Below, one piece after another: positions 29,525 to 40,052 of a DNA stretch of 64,000 bases. The position numbers and the translations under genes are program-made. Within the stretch, counting starts at the first letter, position 1; every line of letters begins with the position of its first letter. The notes under the pieces were generated by a model. The model had not been told where the DNA came from, searched no databases, and worked only from the letters and a program-made list of their open reading frames with translations. Source of the stretch: a virus (Duplodnaviria > Caudoviricetes); IMG/VR virus record IMGVR_UViG_2864653697_000002, one strand, 5' to 3'.

Positions 29525-32500
29525 TGTTCGGAACGCTCGGAACCGGTGGCGCCAGCGGCGTCTCGACGCGTGCGCGCAACGTTCGCGTCGCTGCGAACTC
29601 GACGGGCATCGTCTACACCGTGCGCCGCCTGCTCGGCAGCACCTCGACGATTTCTCTGACCGCAGCGACCAATGCGAACCTCAGCCTCGACGGGGACAAT
29701 ATCGAGGCTGAGAGCGGCATCGCGCTGAACGAGACGCAGAAGGCTGTCGTCCGCGAAGAGCTCGGCGATCAGGCCGTCGAATATGCGGTCAACGTCACCG
29801 GTATCCCGGCACTGGTCGATCTGACCATTTCTCCGGATACTGTCGTGAACGGCGTTGAGACCGAAATCGATATCGTTGGTGCGGCCGCAGGCTCGACGAT
29901 CACCGGAGCCGTGCCCGCAGGTCTCACGCTGAACTCGGGATCGCGCACGATCACCGGAACGCCGAGCGCCAGCGGAACATACGAAATCACACTGGTCGAA
30001 ACGCTCGCCGGAGCCATCGGATCTCCGCGCGTCTCGACGATCACGCTCACCGTCGAGACGGTCGAACCCCCGGCCGCGATGACAATCGATACGATCACGC
30101 CCGGTCCCGGTTCGCTGACGCTCGGCGTCACGGAGGGTGCTGCGGGCGACGCTCCGATCACCGATCACCGAATTTACCTGTCCTTCGACGGCATTGATTT
30201 CTTCCTGTTCGACACGCGCGCCCCTGCCACCGAACACGAACTGACAGGCCTTGCTGGATATGGCGAAGTCCATATCTACGTCACCGCGCTGAATATCGGC
30301 GGCGAAGGTCCACACTCCAATGTCGTCAGCGGGACGCCAGGCGCTACGGCGCCTCTCGCAGGCACGCTGTCCCTCGAACCGGGGGTGGGTGAGATCATCG
30401 CGCGTCCGACCAGTGGCGATGACGGCGGTTCCCCTGTGACGCAGCGCGTTTTCTACATCGGCGATACGGCCGGCACTCTTGTTCGCCAGACTCCGACGAC
30501 TGTCGGCGCCGAATACCCGTTCCTCTACGCTGGTGGCACGACCAAATATTTCGCGTTCGCCGATATCAACATAGTCGGAGAGGGTGCGCTTTCCAATATC
30601 GTCAGCGAGACATCTCTGTCCTCGGCGACGATACCGGGCGCATTCACCGGACCGATGTGGGATCTGGACAATGTCGGAGACGGGACGAGCCTGCGCGCCG
30701 TCATCAACGGCTATCCTTCTGCAAACGGCAGCGAAATCAACGATATCGAATACTCGCTCGACGGCGGCGTGACTGAAATCAGCAGTGGCGGAATCGTTGA
30801 TTTCGATATCGGCTCGCTGGCAACCAGTGTTCCTCAAAATACGGTCATTCGCGCAGTCAATGGTGTCGGCCCCGGCCCATGGAGCGACGTGAAGACGCGC
30901 GCACCAGAAGTCGCAGTGGATGGTATGCGTCTCGGCATGGGGCTTGCTGGCGTTTCGAGCTTCAGCCGCGCCATTCCGTTCCGCAATATCCTGTGGACTG
31001 CTGCCAACTGGTCGAAGGACGAACCTTCGATGTCCGGCACGATCTCGCGCGGGTTCGTCACTGGCACGACGGGCTATAGCGACACATTCTATCGCCTCAT
31101 CAAGAAGGACACCGTCGCAACAGCTCTCAAGACGGGCACCTATCACGTCCTCCAGTTGACGGAAGGGCCGAAAGCGTCGCTTCGGGTAAACGTCTCTGGC
31201 CAGCCCAACGGCGCGTGGTACACGTCGGACTTCACCTTCGAGGTAGTCGGCGGGCAAAATCAGGTAATGCTCAACCTGCGCGGCGATCTGACGCACCAGA
31301 TCGCTATTGTTCACGCCGACGACCTGGCGGCCTATCTTGCGGGCGGCGCAGACAAGGAGTTCACGCCCGAGTTTATCGAGGCGATCCAGGCGTGCAACCT
31401 GACCGGCCCGTTGCGCATGATGGACTGGCTGGGAACCAACGGAAACTTCATCCGCGAGTGGTCGCAGCGCACGGCTCTCACCGACAACGCCCGCTCGTTC
31501 GGCATGATGCCCTACGAGATCGTGATCGACGCCTGCAATCTGCTCGGACTCGATCTGTGGCTCAACATTCCCGGCATGGCGTCAAACGACTATGTCGCGA
31601 ACCTCATTGCCTTGATCAAAACACGCCTCGATCCGGCGCTTAAGGTGCACGTCGAACTGCACAATGAAATCTGGAACAACGGCGACGCGTTCCTGATGAA
31701 TACGCTGTGGTTCACCTATGCGGACTACACGCGCTATAACACTCCACGGGTCGAAGGCGAGGACGCCTATTATCTCGAAGGCCATGGCTTCGCCGATCTC
31801 GATCCGGTCGCGGTGTGGTATGGCCCGGCGCAGAACGGCACCTATAACATGGTGCTGCGGGTCATCGACGAGAACAAGTTCCGCTTCCAGCGCAGCGGCT
31901 CTCCGAACCCTGCAAGCGGCACGGGGAATGCCGTTTTTGTGCGCACCAACGAAGCCGGCAAGTCACCGAACCACAACGGCAACATCGGCTATGCTGTCCG
32001 GTCCATGGAAATCTGGGCGCTCTTCGACGATGAGGTTGATGGCCTCGGTCGTGCTCGCGTCATCCACGAGATGGGCAGCATGCTCACAAATTCATCGGGT
32101 GTCGCCAAGCAGCGCGTTCAGCAACCCGGCGCACTTGCGGCGCTCGATCACCTTTCGGTCGCGCCTTACAACCGGACATACTATGTCTGGGGCAACTGCG
32201 TCGACGTGTCCGACGGTGCAATGACGCTGAAATCCTGGCTCGGTTTCCCGGGCAGCGGGTCGGCAGCGCGCACAATCAAAGCACTTGTCTATGAGCCCGG
32301 CAGCGTACCGACGACGCGCCAGCTCATCAATGGAACGGGTGCCGGCTTTGTTGCCACTCGCGATATCGCAGTCCCTGCCTCGCCTGCGGACTTCGTTGCC
32401 GGAACAGCAATCACTGGCCTCGACAATACGAAGGCCTATGAGGTGTTCTTCGTCTACGAGAGCCGCTGGGTAGCCCACAAGTCCATAACGCCGAACTCCA

Positions 32501-33834
32501 CGCGGACGGAAGGCGTCATGGAGGACTTCAAGGACCATCTATACCGCAGCCGCAGTCACCTGTGGGGCACCATTGTCAAGGCACTGGATGACAATATCGC
32601 CCTGATCGGCGACAAGCCCCTATCGCTCTATGAGGGCAACAAGGATGACCAGACGTCGGCCGAGATGCCGCCGCTCATGGAACAGTACATCGCAGAAATG
32701 GTCGATAGCGATGTCGGCTCCGATTATTTCATGGAAATTCTGAAGGCCTGTGCAACACGCAACGTGGATGTCGCGTGCTGGTTTACCGACCTCACGGCCA
32801 ACTGGTACGGCGTGTTCGACCTGTTCTCCAGCTATCTGGACTATGATAGCCCGCGTCAGCAGAAGCTCGCGGCATTCAATGGTGTCGTGCCGCGCGATCA
32901 GGCGCTCATTGTGGCGAATCCGTCCGATATTACGCTCAACTCGGCGCCCGGTTCATACCCCCATCTTCTGCTGACGATGCCTGATGATAGCCTGACCTAT
33001 CGGTTCGCCGGATCCAACGTGGACGGCTATTTCGCCTGGCTCGGAAACCAACTCTACCTGACAGGCGACGTCGGACTGAACTGGTCGATCGTGAACGATA
33101 TTGCGCTTTCATGCGATGCCTATAGCGACAATTCTGGCGCCAATTTCTCGGTGAGATGCCTGCTTGGTGGAAGCTGGGCCAGCCCGTATTCCGTCTTCGT
33201 CTTCGACGCTGAAGAGGATGCCGACACGGCTGCGCTCAATCCGATTGTAGGCGGAACGCTGGCACTTACTGGGACGGCGGCAACTTACGATTCCACCAAC
33301 AAGATGTGGAATTTCAACGCTGCCGGGCGCTATTCGAACACGTCCACGGCGACGAGCGCTACGGTATCCAAGAGCCTGCCGTTGTTCATCGCGATGGTTC
33401 TCGACAAGGACGACCAGAACGAAGGCTTCACCCGCACCGTGGCGCGGTTCGGCAACGTCACAAACAGCGTCGTATTCGAACGCACGGGCGCGAATCTCCT
33501 ACGTGCACGCTGGGTCGACAACGACGCAGGATTTAACGTGGCAATGAACTGCCACAGTGCCATGCCGAGCGGAAAGCTGGTCGCCTGGACGTTCAGGGCG
33601 GCCGATGGAAGAATCTACGCTGGCTATAATTCCAGTGGTGCGAATCACACGTCAAGCAGCCTCTATCTCGGCAGTTCGACAGCGTTCCCCAGAGAAGTCT
33701 CCATCGGAGGCACGTCCAGTTCGACGGAAAGCCGGATGAAGCACGGTTCTATTGTCATCGTCTCTCAGGCTGATCTCGATCTTACTTCTGTTCTACTCCA
33801 TGTCGCCACCCTGGAGGCAAAGGAACTGGCTTAG
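29524..33834 (+). CDS. 1436-aa multidomain fibre: Ig/Fn3-like repeats, GH-A-like glycoside hydrolase region, C-terminal LamG-like domain
   Basis: Gly-rich start MFGTLGTGG; Fn3 motifs (VTALNIGGEG, RAVNGVGPGPWS); LRMMDWLGTN, LWLNIP, VELHNEIWN, LYEG. Confidence 0.75.
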   Translation: MFGTLGTGGASGVSTRARNVRVAANSTGIVYTVRRLLGSTSTISLTAATNANLSLDGDNIEAESGIALNETQKAVVREELGDQAVEYAVNVTGIPALVDLTISPDTVVNGVETEIDIVGAAAGSTITGAVPAGLTLNSGSRTITGTPSASGTYEITLVETLAGAIGSPRVSTITLTVETVEPPAAMTIDTITPGPGSLTLGVTEGAAGDAPITDHRIYLSFDGIDFFLFDTRAPATEHELTGLAGYGEVHIYVTALNIGGEGPHSNVVSGTPGATAPLAGTLSLEPGVGEIIARPTSGDDGGSPVTQRVFYIGDTAGTLVRQTPTTVGAEYPFLYAGGTTKYFAFADINIVGEGALSNIVSETSLSSATIPGAFTGPMWDLDNVGDGTSLRAVINGYPSANGSEINDIEYSLDGGVTEISSGGIVDFDIGSLATSVPQNTVIRAVNGVGPGPWSDVKTRAPEVAVDGMRLGMGLAGVSSFSRAIPFRNILWTAANWSKDEPSMSGTISRGFVTGTTGYSDTFYRLIKKDTVATALKTGTYHVLQLTEGPKASLRVNVSGQPNGAWYTSDFTFEVVGGQNQVMLNLRGDLTHQIAIVHADDLAAYLAGGADKEFTPEFIEAIQACNLTGPLRMMDWLGTNGNFIREWSQRTALTDNARSFGMMPYEIVIDACNLLGLDLWLNIPGMASNDYVANLIALIKTRLDPALKVHVELHNEIWNNGDAFLMNTLWFTYADYTRYNTPRVEGEDAYYLEGHGFADLDPVAVWYGPAQNGTYNMVLRVIDENKFRFQRSGSPNPASGTGNAVFVRTNEAGKSPNHNGNIGYAVRSMEIWALFDDEVDGLGRARVIHEMGSMLTNSSGVAKQRVQQPGALAALDHLSVAPYNRTYYVWGNCVDVSDGAMTLKSWLGFPGSGSAARTIKALVYEPGSVPTTRQLINGTGAGFVATRDIAVPASPADFVAGTAITGLDNTKAYEVFFVYESRWVAHKSITPNSTRTEGVMEDFKDHLYRSRSHLWGTIVKALDDNIALIGDKPLSLYEGNKDDQTSAEMPPLMEQYIAEMVDSDVGSDYFMEILKACATRNVDVACWFTDLTANWYGVFDLFSSYLDYDSPRQQKLAAFNGVVPRDQALIVANPSDITLNSAPGSYPHLLLTMPDDSLTYRFAGSNVDGYFAWLGNQLYLTGDVGLNWSIVNDIALSCDAYSDNSGANFSVRCLLGGSWASPYSVFVFDAEEDADTAALNPIVGGTLALTGTAATYDSTNKMWNFNAAGRYSNTSTATSATVSKSLPLFIAMVLDKDDQNEGFTRTVARFGNVTNSVVFERTGANLLRARWVDNDAGFNVAMNCHSAMPSGKLVAWTFRAADGRIYAGYNSSGANHTSSSLYLGSSTAFPREVSIGGTSSSTESRMKHGSIVIVSQADLDLTSVLLHVATLEAKELA

Positions 33835-33915
33835 GGTCATCCTTCAAAAGGTAAGTTATCCAACTCACAGCGAAAAAGAACAGCGTGAACCACAGGAAGC
33901 AACCGTCAGTTTTCA

Positions 33916-34038
33916 TCAAAACATTGCCCCGTTACACGGGCCGCAATGTTCATTGGTGCCGCGCTTCTGTCCGCATTGGCCGCAATAGGTCAGATCGGCC
34001 GCGATGGTTCGCAGCATGATAAAAATACGACGAATCAT
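33916..34038 (-). CDS. 40-aa zinc-ribbon peptide; absent from the ORF track
   Basis: RBS GGAGG; MIRRIFIMLRTIAADLTYCGQCGQKRGTNEHCGPCNGAMF. Confidence 0.55.
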   Translation of the reverse strand: MIRRIFIMLRTIAADLTYCGQCGQKRGTNEHCGPCNGAMF

Positions 34039-34100
34039 AACTTCCTCCGTGGTTTGAAGCATAACATTACGCCTTCGCGTTAGGAAAGCGGTAATTTCCG

Positions 34101-35478
34101 CTATCCGTCATCTTCTGACACAAGAACCTTAATCGTTTCGACGTGCCCAGGATAAGTGCCAGCGCACACCTTGCGAGGAACGATGAATTGCGGCATTTCC
34201 CATTGCTGGTGGCAGTTGGGGCACTCTACAGCGTCGGCGAAGTCACCGTCATAGTGTGATTGTTCGCCGCAATCGCAGCGGAAGTCCATGCAGATATTGG
34301 TATTCTTATACTGGATAAACGCGTGCGTGCTGGCGATCACGGGGTTTGGCTGACCATCTTCGTTGTCGATGAAATTGCTCATTTCCACTCCATAACTCTG
34401 AGATTAGAAGCAAGAGCACGCTCGATCTCGTCGGCCATCGGCATCCGATCATCAGCCTTCCGATCGTCATAGGTCACGATCATTGACCGGATATAGCCGG
34501 TCGGCTTGAAGCGGCTGAGCACGTCTGCATTGCTGAGCGGTAGGATCATTTCCCTTCCTTTTCGATGATGGCGCGGACGGCTTTGCCTAGCTCGGTGAGT
34601 AGTCCGCGCTCATACAAGCCCTTCTCACGAAGGGAGCGTATTGTGCTTTTATGGTGATGGCCACCTAGGTAGAATATCGCGTTTTTCTGCGCCTCGCTCA
34701 GCCGCGCAGCTATCTCGGCAGGGGATGGGGTTGTCATCCGAATGTCTCCCGGCGCACAGCAGGTTGTGGCGTCGATGCTGCGAGTGTTTCACCAGTTAGG
34801 CGTAGCGCCATGAGATCAGCGGCAAAGGCCCCAATCCGCTCCAGATCGGCGGGCGTAATATGCGGGTACGCCTTTTCAAAGAAATGCCGCGTTTCCGTGG
34901 CCACCTGTTGAACGCGATCGAGGTGCGTTTCCCCGCTCACCCTTCCCCTCCCTCGGTCTGCGCTGTGCGAACATAACCGGCAGCGTCGAGCGCCAGCTTC
35001 CCTCGTTCGAAAGCTCGTTGGTAAAGTTCGATGATATCGACGTTCATCGCCTTTCCTATTTCTACCAAAACAGCGGGGTTGCACGCCTCAGCTAGCTGCT
35101 TCTCGGCACGCTCTGCGCGTTGGCGTTCGGCTTGGCGATGGCGCGCCGCCAACATGGCAGCGTCCCGCACCGCTACGACGCTGCCGATCTGCGCCCCACG
35201 AAAGTGTAACTTTACGATCTCGATAGCAAGCGCGTAGTCTTCGTCGCTCGGCTCCACCGCAGCATCTGTGGTCTGGTCGGTCATTTGAAGCACCCCTTTA
35301 TGCAGCGTTTGCAGGTGTGTGCGCTATCAATTGCCTGAACGAATTTTGTATCGGCGACCGTCCAGTCCTCGCACTCGCGTCCGCAAAATGTCCGATAATC
35401 TCCGGCCAACCTTATGTGCAGCGCCGCATTCGGGTTCCCATATGGGATGACGACTTCATTGCCACTACGATCGCTCAT
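34101..35478 (-). CDS. Run of small early genes (34101-34388, 34546-34737, 34734-34940, 34937-35284, 35281-35478)
   Basis: ATGA-coupled short ORFs; two carry Cys pairs. Confidence 0.55.
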
Positions 35479-35963
35479 GACGACTGTTCTCCTGCGAGAG
35501 AGCGGATGGCAGCAAGCATTGCCCTGTACGCCTCGCCACCAGTGCGGTATAGATCGGCGTTGGTGCCGCGCAGCTTCTCGTATGCATCCTCCAGAGCCTT
35601 TGCCCTGATTGATGAGGTGGCGGCAGAAAGGGCGGCGCGAGCAGCATCGCGGCAGAAGTCTGCGTAGTCGTAATTCAAACCGCCCTGCACATCATTGATC
35701 GCCTTCGCTACCTTCTCCACCAGCCCCTCATCCGGTTCTGCGGTAGGGGTGGAGGATGTGCGGGTGTTCCATGCGCGGACTGCATCAGCTTTGCTATGAA
35801 AGCCTTGGGCAAGCTCCTGCGCGCCACTGTAAAACGAGTGACAGCTGTGGCTGATCCCGAATTGGCGATACCATCCATAAGGGCCAAACACCTTTACGTT
35901 CTCACCACCACAGAACGGGCACGGAGATAGCTGCTCTACAGGCACCAATTCATTCTCGCTCAT
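35475..35963 (-). CDS. Lar-like restriction alleviation protein with C-terminal extension
   Basis: LSPCPFCGG...HSC...AVRAWNTR signature. Confidence 0.7.
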   Translation of the reverse strand: MSENELVPVEQLSPCPFCGGENVKVFGPYGWYRQFGISHSCHSFYSGAQELAQGFHSKADAVRAWNTRTSSTPTAEPDEGLVEKVAKAINDVQGGLNYDYADFCRDAARAALSAATSSIRAKALEDAYEKLRGTNADLYRTGGEAYRAMLAAIRSLAGEQSS

Positions 35964-38097
35964 GACTGATCTCCCTTGGGCTGGCGGATTTGGGCGAGGG
36001 CTTTGGTGGCGACATTGCGGCAATGGACAATGCTTCCGCCATCCATTGCGGATGGCGCAAATTTGATCCGCTCCAGCGTCTCCTCCGCTATAGCCAGCTT
36101 GCGCAGAGCGTCGTTCCATTCGTCAGCGAGCACGTCGTTCTTGCGATCGGCTTCGATCAGTGCTTGCTCAAGCTCGGCTTCTCGGGAGGATGCGAGGCGT
36201 TCGATGGCCTTTTGTAGGGCGCCGTTTTCAACATAAAGCCGCCATGATTTTTCCGCGTCGACATGCTGCACATCGCGGCGAAGCTGGTTGCCTCGCCAGC
36301 CATCCCCATGGGCAGTTATGAAGATTTCGCGATATAGCTCCACCTCCTGCGCAGGCTTTGCGGGCGTGGCGACGCGGAGGCGATGAATGCATTCCGGCCT
36401 GTTGCAATCGCCCGAAAGTTTATCTGGCGCGAGCATTCCGCAAGCTTGGCATTTTGTTCCAAGCTCCACTTGCGCAGGCTTTGGCCGCTCTGCAGGGACC
36501 GGTTCGGAGGCGGTATCGAGCGCGGCAATCGCGGCGTCGCGCGCGATATACCAGTCATGCATCCTGTCAGCCTCATTCGCGTAGCCGTCGGCATCCTCCG
36601 TGATGGTCAGATCGGCAGCCTGCTTTGCAATCTCGCTCTTGAGGCGCTTCATGGCCTCGGTGTGGTCAGTCATTTTTCCACCTCCCATCACTCAGACAAC
36701 AAATCGTTGTGATCATCATCCCCGCTAACCCGAGGATCCCGAGAATCCCCAGCACCAGAGAGTCGAACGCAAAGCTCGCAGCCATGACGAGCGGCGCCAG
36801 ATAGAACACATCGAACCAGCGCAGCCCGTCCCAGAGGCGTCTCGGCTCCCACATCAGTCCCTCTTCGCCGCACAGGGTATCGTCGGGGTGGCCCCATCGC
36901 CTGGTGCGCTGGAGCGGCACATGTGGCGGAATGCCCCCTTCACTGATGCCGTCGCTCTTGACGTAGTTGAGCACCCGGAACGCAGGGTTTGTGCAACGAT
37001 GCCGCTCATAGCCCCTGAAGTCGTTCAGGTAGTAGCGGCAGGCCCGGCAAGAGTGCCTGGTTGCCGTCCGGTCGTCCTTGATCCGAGCCTCTGCGGCGTC
37101 AATCTTCGCTTTGAGATCGTCGAAGGCGCGTTCGGTATCAGTCATTTTTCCACTCCGCCTCGGCGTACTCGCGCCATTTCGTGAGCAAAACTGGTAGCAG
37201 TTCTTCGAATTCGCCCACTGGGAAACAGCATCTCGGGCTTATACCATAATCTGCGAAGCCGAACGTGCAGAGCACCTCACGGAACATCTCGTGAGCCAGA
37301 TTTTCGCCTTCGAGTGATCCCCATTTACGTTCCTGCATATTACTGAGAACGAGAATGGCCATATCGTCGAAAGCGGACGAATAGCTTCCGTAGAAGCACG
37401 GGAATATATTCCACGGATCGAAAACATCATCTGTCCCGCGCTGCCATCTTTCAGTCAGTTGCGGCTTTGCGATCTCGCTCTTCAGGCGCTTCATGGCCTC
37501 GGTGTGGTCAGTCATTGACAGCCTCCAGTTCGTCGCGCACGCGCCGTCCCCAGGCTTCAATCCAGTAGCCTCTGCCCATCAGCGCGCCGCTGTCTTCGTC
37601 GTGAAGCGGGCCATAGTCACAGAGTCCCTCCCGATTCAGCCACTGCAATGTGGCGCGCGCTTCGCCCATGGATATATCGAGATCGACAACCATGTGGCTC
37701 GGCCCTTTGCCATAGTGGCAGTCGAGAGCCAGAAGGACGTTGCGCTGCACCGGGGTAAGGGAGGCCGCCACCGCTGCTGGATCCGGGGTGGGGGTCATGA
37801 CCACGCCCCTCTGATCCAGTCGTCATTTTCGTCGTGGCAGCGCTGCCACTTCGCCACGTCTTCCTCGCTGACCGGCATGCACTGACCATGGTAGCGCCCG
37901 GTCGATGCGCGCTCCTCGCCATTGTCGTAGTGGCTGATCGTGTCGTGAAAGGCGCGACCATAGTAGCGCCAGCGATTCATTCCATACGGCGCGCAGCCGG
38001 GTTGATCAGGCCCCATGTCGTGCACATAGTTGATCCGCATGACGGCGCTCGGGCCATAGTCGTAGCGAACCAGATCGCCGACTTTCCACGGCTCCAT
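35960..38097 (-). CDS. Run of early genes (35960-36673, 36666-37145, 37138-37515, 37508-37804, 37795-38097)
   Basis: Linked by ATGACTGA overlaps; two share the first 17 aa. Confidence 0.65.
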
Positions 38098-38127
38098 GCG
38101 GCCCGCTGCGGTTTTCGCCGTACCAGG

Positions 38128-38811
38128 TCATGCTGCATCCATGCCGTCGATGTGAGCGAAGAGTTCCTCGCGCGTCGGACAAACGTCGATCATCGAAGTC
38201 GTATAGAGCCTGCGGGCCGTATAGCCGCCGCCCGACACGGCGTTCCAATGCCAACCCTTATATTCGCCGGACAGCGCCTCCGGCACTATCTTATCCGCCC
38301 GCGCCTGCGCCGCCTGGTCGCTGTACCCATCGGCGTAGCGCTTCGACAGCTTGGCGATGTTGTGCTCGATCGTCTGCTCGCGGGTGAGGCCGTAGTCTCT
38401 GCGGATTCTGTCCATGACCCAGTCGAGGCCGGCAATGGCGCGACCGAGCGCTTCGACGTCGAGTTCCTCGTTATAGAGCACCCACTTCTTCACGGCGTCG
38501 AACACGTCGGCCGCCACACCTGGGAGTCTGTGCTCAGGTGGGCCGAAGCGCACCTTGTTCGGTATCTCGTAGCGATTGTAGCCGATGATCGGACGCGCGA
38601 GCCCCTCGATATAGAACTCCAGATCGCCGAGCTCTTCGATCAAATTCTCGAAATCGGCCGTCATGATCGCGTCGTAGAGCTCTCCCGCTTCGCCCGGGAT
38701 GCACGAAGCCATGTGCCAGGCATGCGCCTTCTCGGGGGTGAGGCTGGCGAGGATGTCAGCGCCGGGCTTGGCGAGCGATGCGACGAATTCGGAATAGGTG
38801 GGGGTGGTCAT
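38128..38811 (-). CDS. MazG-like nucleotide pyrophosphohydrolase 1
   Basis: GEAGELYD...EELGDLEFY...NIAKLSKRY. Confidence 0.85.
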   Translation of the reverse strand: MTTPTYSEFVASLAKPGADILASLTPEKAHAWHMASCIPGEAGELYDAIMTADFENLIEELGDLEFYIEGLARPIIGYNRYEIPNKVRFGPPEHRLPGVAADVFDAVKKWVLYNEELDVEALGRAIAGLDWVMDRIRRDYGLTREQTIEHNIAKLSKRYADGYSDQAAQARADKIVPEALSGEYKGWHWNAVSGGGYTARRLYTTSMIDVCPTREELFAHIDGMDAA

Positions 38812-39170
38812 GAGAACAGAATCCTTGCTGGCGAGAAGGCTGCCCAGGATACGGGCACGAAGAACCAGAGCGCCTTGCACGCGAGGTGGATCGCTTGGTC
38901 CTGGTTGATGTCGATGCGGCCCCGACATTTGGCATCGTCGGTCCAGAAGTGGATCAGCGCTTCGGCGAAGAAGAGCCACCAAACTCCGGTGATGAGAGCG
39001 ACGGCCGCGCCGTGGATGGCAGCATGGGCGCCAAGCGCCTGCCACCATGGGAAGCCTGTGATTGGCGCCGTCCGGTTCTTCGCCTTGGAGATGAAGTCCC
39101 CCTGCAGCGGATAGTCCGCCACGAAGTGGGCACCGATCAGGGCAATGAGGATGAGGTGTGGGTCCATCAC
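38808..39170 (-). CDS. DUF3307-like membrane protein
   Basis: HFVADYPLQ...HAAIH...HFWTDDAK...DQAIH. Confidence 0.85.
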   Translation of the reverse strand: MMDPHLILIALIGAHFVADYPLQGDFISKAKNRTAPITGFPWWQALGAHAAIHGAAVALITGVWWLFFAEALIHFWTDDAKCRGRIDINQDQAIHLACKALWFFVPVSWAAFSPARILFS

Positions 39171-39689
39171 TCAAACCTCCAAGCGCTGCGGCAGGCCGAC
39201 AGCGTCACTCGTCTTGTTGAACTTGCGCGCCGTCACCTCGGCGAGGCTCAGCCCGTAGCTGCGCGCGATGCTGTCCAGGCAGATGATGGCGTCGCCGATC
39301 TCGTCGCCCAGCTTCTCGATGGTGGTCCGGCTGCCGCGCCAGCCACGCGCCTCGCGGACCAGCTTCTTCACCTCGTTGAGGACTTCGCCCGCCTCGCCGC
39401 CGAACTCGTTCGCCATGTAGAGGGGGTCTTCCGGGGAGCCGTTCGACCATGCCGCGTAGCGCTCGCCGTTGATGCGGCGGAGTTGGTCGAGGAAGTCTTC
39501 ACCGGTGGTATTGCGCGCCATCGACAAGCGGCAATATGCCGAGGCAATCAGAACACGACCGCCCAAAGCGATCTCGTGCTCCTGAAACTCCCTGTCGTCA
39601 ATGCGTCGGATCATATGCGCAAGTGCCGAACGAAGACGCTCTGTATCGCCGAGGAACTCGTCGGTGATGGGTTCGCTGGTGGTGGTCAT
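39171..39689 (-). CDS. MazG-like nucleotide pyrophosphohydrolase 2
   Basis: GEAGEVLNEVKK...DEIGDAIICL...KFNKTS. Confidence 0.85.
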   Translation of the reverse strand: MTTTSEPITDEFLGDTERLRSALAHMIRRIDDREFQEHEIALGGRVLIASAYCRLSMARNTTGEDFLDQLRRINGERYAAWSNGSPEDPLYMANEFGGEAGEVLNEVKKLVREARGWRGSRTTIEKLGDEIGDAIICLDSIARSYGLSLAEVTARKFNKTSDAVGLPQRLEV

Positions 39690-40052
39690 GCCGATTTCTC
39701 CGTGAGTTCGCGAAGCCTCAGCATCGCTGACGTTTGATCTCGGACGCCGAGGAGCGCCCATATCTCTGACAAGGCGGTGGTTTTCACCAGCGCCGCGACG
39801 CTGTCGCTCGAGTATCCCTTCGCCCAGTGGGGCCGCAGCGCTTCGAGGCGCTGGATCTTCTGTTCAGCCTTCGCCAGCTTGCCGCGCAGCTCGTCGAGCT
39901 CATAGGCCATGGCGAGCCAGCATTTGGCGCCGGCAGGCAGTTGGCCGAGCCATGCTTCGCCGTAGCGGAGCACATAGGCGTCGCCTCCCTCCCTCCCCCT
40001 GAATCAGCGTGTACTTGCCGTCGTCGATGTCGATGCGCAGCAGGTCTGTCAT
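39686..40052 (-). pseudogene. Small phage gene split by a 4-bp GGGA duplication
   Basis: Removing one GGGA joins MTDLLRIDIDDGKYTLIQGEGG to DAYVLRYGEAW. Confidence 0.65.
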
